DNA from: an uncultured Gammaproteobacteria bacterium
GTDB taxonomy: Bacteria > Pseudomonadota > Gammaproteobacteria > Steroidobacterales > Steroidobacteraceae
Assembly: GCA_963758145.1 (NCBI GenBank)
Contig: CAVWUK010000003.1
Span: 1-32,000, forward strand
DNA: 32,000 nucleotides
Direction of reading: 5' to 3'
Part shown: piece by piece, positions 28,904 through 32,000 of the stretch
How positions within the stretch are numbered: the first letter of the stretch is position 1
Layout of the letters: every line of letters starts with the position of its first letter
The notes under the pieces: model-generated
Databases searched by the model: none
What the model was told of the DNA's origin: nothing
Seen by the model: only the letters and a program-made list of their open reading frames with translations
Position numbers and translations under genes: made by a program

Positions 28904-29398
28904 TTAGCGGCGCCGCGCCGGCTTCGCGGCGGTTCTCTTGGCCGCCGGCCGCACCGGCCGCTTGGACGCCGCCTTGACCTTGGACTTGTTCGGCGCGGAT
29001 GCGTGAGCGCGACGGGACGCCGTCTTGGGTGAGGGCTCGGCCGCTGCGGCCTTCGCGGGCGCCGCCTTCTCGGCCGGCTTGTCGGCGGTCTTTTCCGCCG
29101 GCTTGGCCGTATCGGACGTCGCGGCGTCCTTCGACGGCGCTTCGGCGGTTTCCTTCTTTTCTTCCTTCGGGGCCTGCGCCTCCGGCCGATCCGCGAGGTT
29201 GCGTTTGGCGTCCTGGTCCGACTTGAAATCCGTTTCGTACCAGCCCCCGCCCTTCAAACGGAATACGGGCGCCGACATCAACCGCTGCAGCTGCGACTTG
29301 CCGCAATGCGGGCATTTTTTCAGGGGCGAATCGTGGAGCTTCTGCATGGCCTCCAAGGTGTGGCCGCAGTTGTTGCACTGGTACTCGTAGAAAGGCAT
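28904..29398 (-). CDS. FmdB-family zinc-ribbon protein with a Lys/Ala/Pro-rich basic tail
   Basis: [57 protein letters not shown] carries the CxxC...CxxC motif, followed by ~100 aa of low-complexity K/A/P/E-rich sequence. Confidence 0.85.
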   Translation of the reverse strand: MPFYEYQCNNCGHTLEAMQKLHDSPLKKCPHCGKSQLQRLMSAPVFRLKGGGWYETDFKSDQDAKRNLADRPEAQAPKEEKKETAEAPSKDAATSDTAKPAEKTADKPAEKAAPAKAAAAEPSPKTASRRAHASAPNKSKVKAASKRPVRPAAKRTAAKPARRR

Positions 29399-29475
29399 GT
29401 GTTTCCTCTTGGTCGCGCCCGCGGAAGTATAGCGAAGCGGCGGCCAATGTCGCAGCTTCAGCGCGAAACCGGCCG

Positions 29476-29571
29476 CCTCAGCGCACGTGCGCCTCAGCGC
29501 GGGTGCGCCTCAGCGCGGGTGCGCCTCAGTGCAGGCGCTCCTCAGTGCAGGCGCTCCTCAGTGCAGGCGCT
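29476..29571. repeat. Six tandem 16-bp units overlapping the clpB stop codon
   Basis: Plus-strand units: cctcagcgcacgtgcg x1, cctcagcgcgggtgcg x2, cctcagtgcaggcgct x3. The last unit encodes the clpB C-terminus ..ERLH plus TGA. Confidence 0.9.
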
Positions 29572-32000
29572 CCTTCTCGAACACCAGGCCGTCGCGCTTG
29601 ACTTTGGCGACCACCCGGTCGCCGGCGATGAACTCGCCGCGCAAAATCTGCTGCGCCAGCGGATTCTCGATTTGCGACTGGATGGCGCGCTTCAAAGGCC
29701 GGGCCCCAAAGAGGGTATCGAAGCCCGCTTCGCCGATGCGGTCCCGCGCGGCGTCATCGAGCCGCAGCTGGATATCGCGCTCCGCCAACCGCTTGCGCAG
29801 CCGGCCCAACTGAATGTCCACGATCGAGCGGATCTGCTCTCGGCCGAGCGGGTGGAACACCACGATTTCATCGACGCGATTGATGAACTCCGGTCGAAAA
29901 TGCTGCGCGACCACTTCCAGGACGGCCGCCTTCATCTTGGCGTAGTTCGCCTCGCCCGCGAGTTCCTGGATGACCTGGCTCCCCAGGTTCGAGGTCATGA
30001 TCACCACGCAATTGCGAAAATCCACGGTGCGTCCCTGGCCGTCCGTGAGCCGGCCGTCATCGAGCACCTGCAACAGCACGTTGAACACGTCGGGGTGCGC
30101 CTTCTCGATTTCATCGAGGAGAATCACGCTGTACGGCCGGCGGCGCACCGCTTCGGTCAGATACCCGCCCTCCTCATAGCCCACATAGCCCGGCGGCGCG
30201 CCGATCATGCGCGCGACCGAGTGCTTCTCCATGAATTCCGACATGTCGATGCGCACCATGGCCTCTTCGGTGTCGAACATGAATTCGGCGAGCGCCTTGC
30301 AAAGCTCCGTTTTGCCGACGCCGGTCGGCCCGAGAAACATGAACGATCCGCTGGGGCGATTCGGATCCGACAGCCCCGCGCGCGAGCGGCGAATCGCATC
30401 CGCCACCGCTTTGACCGCCTCTTCCTGGCCCACGACGCGCTTGCCGAGCACTTCTTCCATGCGCAGCAGCTTGTCGCGCTCTCCTTCGAGCATGCGCGAG
30501 ACCGGAATGCCGGTCCACTTCGAGACGATCTCGGCGATTTCCACCTCCGTCACCGAATTGCGCAGCAGCTGATTGGGCTTCTTTTCCACTTCCAGCGCCT
30601 TGGCGAGGCGCTGCTCGAGATCGGGAATCCGCCCATACTGCAGTTCGGACATGCGGGCCAGATCCTGCGCACGGCGGGCCGCATCGAGATCCGTGCGAGA
30701 GCGCTCGAGTTCCTCTTTGATGTGGGCGGCGCCCTGCACCGAGGCCTTTTCCGCCTTCCACACCTCCTCGAGATCCGAGTACTCCTTCTCCAGCACCTCG
30801 AGCGAATCTTCCAGCGTGCTCAAACGCTTGCGCGACATTTCATCGGTTTCCTTCCTGAGCGCCTCGCGTTCGATCTTGAGCTGAATGATGCGCCGGTCGA
30901 GCTTGTCGAGCGCTTCGGGTTTGGAGTCGATTTCCATGCGAATCAGCGAACCGGCCTCGTCGATCAGGTCGATGGCCTTGTCGGGCAACTGCCGGTCGGA
31001 AATATAGCGGTGCGAGAGCGTCGCCGCGGCAACGATGGCGGGGTCCGTGATCTCGACGCCGTGATGGACCTCGTAGCGCTCCTTCAATCCGCGAAGAATG
31101 GCGATGGTGTCCTCCACCGACGGCTCGTCCACCAAGACCTTTTGGAAGCGCCGTTCGAGCGCCGCGTCCTTTTCGATGTATTTGCGGTACTCGTCCAGGG
31201 TGGTCGCGCCGACGCAATGCAGCTCGCCGCGCGCCAGCGCCGGCTTCAACATGTTGCCCGCGTCCATCGCTCCTTCGGCCTTTCCGGCGCCGACCATGGT
31301 GTGCAATTCGTCGATGAACAGAATCACCTGGCCTTCCTGCTTCGCCAGGTCGGCGAGCACCGCCTTGAGGCGCTCCTCGAATTCGCCGCGAAATTTCGCT
31401 CCGGCAATGAGCGCGCCCATGTCGAGCGCGAGGATGCGCTTGTTGCGCAAGCCTTCCGGCACTTCGCCGTTGACGATGCGCTGCGCCAGGCCTTCGACGA
31501 TGGCGGTTTTGCCGACCCCGGGTTCGCCGATGAGCACCGGATTGTTCTTGGTCCGGCGCTGCAGGACTTGAACGGTGCGGCGGATCTCGTCGTCGCGGCC
31601 GATGACCGGATCGAGCTTGCCCTGGGATGCCCGTTCGGTCAGATCGATGCTGTATTTTTGCAGCGCCTGCCGATTTTCTTCCGCAGCCGCGTCTTCGACC
31701 TTGGCCCCGCCTCGAACCTCTTCGATCGCCTGCTCCAACGCCGCGCGGGCGGCGCCGCAGGATTTCAATATACGGCCGAGTTCGCCGCGATCGTCGCAGG
31801 CCGCGAGCACGTAGAGCTCGCTGGAGATGAATTGGTCGCCGCGCTTTTGAGCCAGCTTGTCGGTGACGTTGAGCAGCTTGTTGAGGTCGTTGCTGATCAA
31901 CACCTCGCCGGCGGAACCTTCCACCTTCGGCATGCGATCGAGCGCCGCGCCGAGCTCGGAACGCAGCTTCGCGACATTGGCGCCGGCTTTCTCGAGCAGC
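29558..32000 (-). CDS. clpB: ATP-dependent chaperone ClpB (5'-partial, runs off the window)
   Basis: Two AAA+ modules are present ([32 protein letters not shown]) with a coiled-coil middle domain. The reading frame stays open upstream of the ORF-track ATG 31933 to the window end (..[28 protein letters not shown]..). Confidence 0.97.
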   Translation of the reverse strand, partial: LLEKAGANVAKLRSELGAALDRMPKVEGSAGEVLISNDLNKLLNVTDKLAQKRGDQFISSELYVLAACDDRGELGRILKSCGAARAALEQAIEEVRGGAKVEDAAAEENRQALQKYSIDLTERASQGKLDPVIGRDDEIRRTVQVLQRRTKNNPVLIGEPGVGKTAIVEGLAQRIVNGEVPEGLRNKRILALDMGALIAGAKFRGEFEERLKAVLADLAKQEGQVILFIDELHTMVGAGKAEGAMDAGNMLKPALARGELHCVGATTLDEYRKYIEKDAALERRFQKVLVDEPSVEDTIAILRGLKERYEVHHGVEITDPAIVAAATLSHRYISDRQLPDKAIDLIDEAGSLIRMEIDSKPEALDKLDRRIIQLKIEREALRKETDEMSRKRLSTLEDSLEVLEKEYSDLEEVWKAEKASVQGAAHIKEELERSRTDLDAARRAQDLARMSELQYGRIPDLEQRLAKALEVEKKPNQLLRNSVTEVEIAEIVSKWTGIPVSRMLEGERDKLLRMEEVLGKRVVGQEEAVKAVADAIRRSRAGLSDPNRPSGSFMFLGPTGVGKTELCKALAEFMFDTEEAMVRIDMSEFMEKHSVARMIGAPPGYVGYEEGGYLTEAVRRRPYSVILLDEIEKAHPDVFNVLLQVLDDGRLTDGQGRTVDFRNCVVIMTSNLGSQVIQELAGEANYAKMKAAVLEVVAQHFRPEFINRVDEIVVFHPLGREQIRSIVDIQLGRLRKRLAERDIQLRLDDAARDRIGEAGFDTLFGARPLKRAIQSQIENPLAQQILRGEFIAGDRVVAKVKRDGLVFEKERLH

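Noticed and set aside
27424-28977. 517-aa plus-strand ORF
   Set aside because: It is antisense shadow of aspS with no recognisable motifs.
29476-29571. Possible CRISPR array
   Set aside because: The units are contiguous 16-bp repeats with no spacers, and no cas genes are present. This is a simple tandem repeat.

Overview
The window splits at about 17.1 kb. The left part (1-17089) is a visibly AT-richer accessory/defence island. It abuts the 3' ends of tRNA-Arg(ACG) and tRNA-Ser(GCU) and is in advanced decay. It carries an XRE regulator plus a DUF120/riboflavin-kinase-like gene and an orphan reverse transcriptase (RT) operon on the minus strand. It also carries a multiply frameshifted ~400-aa gene, a frameshifted tyrosine integrase and an intact DUF2971-like ORF. 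A complete type I R-M operon (hsdR-hsdM-hsdS) is present, but all three genes are frameshifted. A co-directional five-gene block follows: DprA/SLOG-like (frameshifted), PRTase, a 266-aa HEPN-like protein, an ABC-type ATPase and an HNH nuclease (Septu-like pair). ParB and integrase C-terminal fragments lie next to the tRNAs. The right part (17090-32000) is GC-rich conserved core with intact genes in gammaproteobacterial-type synteny: tRNA-Arg, tRNA-Ser, csrA, alaS, recX, recA, thpR, pncC, mutS, an alpha/beta hydrolase, nudB, aspS, an FmdB-type zinc ribbon and clpB (5'-partial). The most interesting locus is the RT. It does not look like a retron, DGR or group II intron RT. Its thumb-like region sits in a separate -1 frame ORF. 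Its 0.6-kb same-strand leader contains two near-identical 135/136-nt structured modules (3090-3224 and 3475-3610) flanking a unique 250-nt segment. I interpret this as a candidate RT template or scaffold ncRNA with a repeat-unique-repeat layout that I have not seen described. All calls rest on reading the sequence and ORF translations by eye; no database search or folding program was run.
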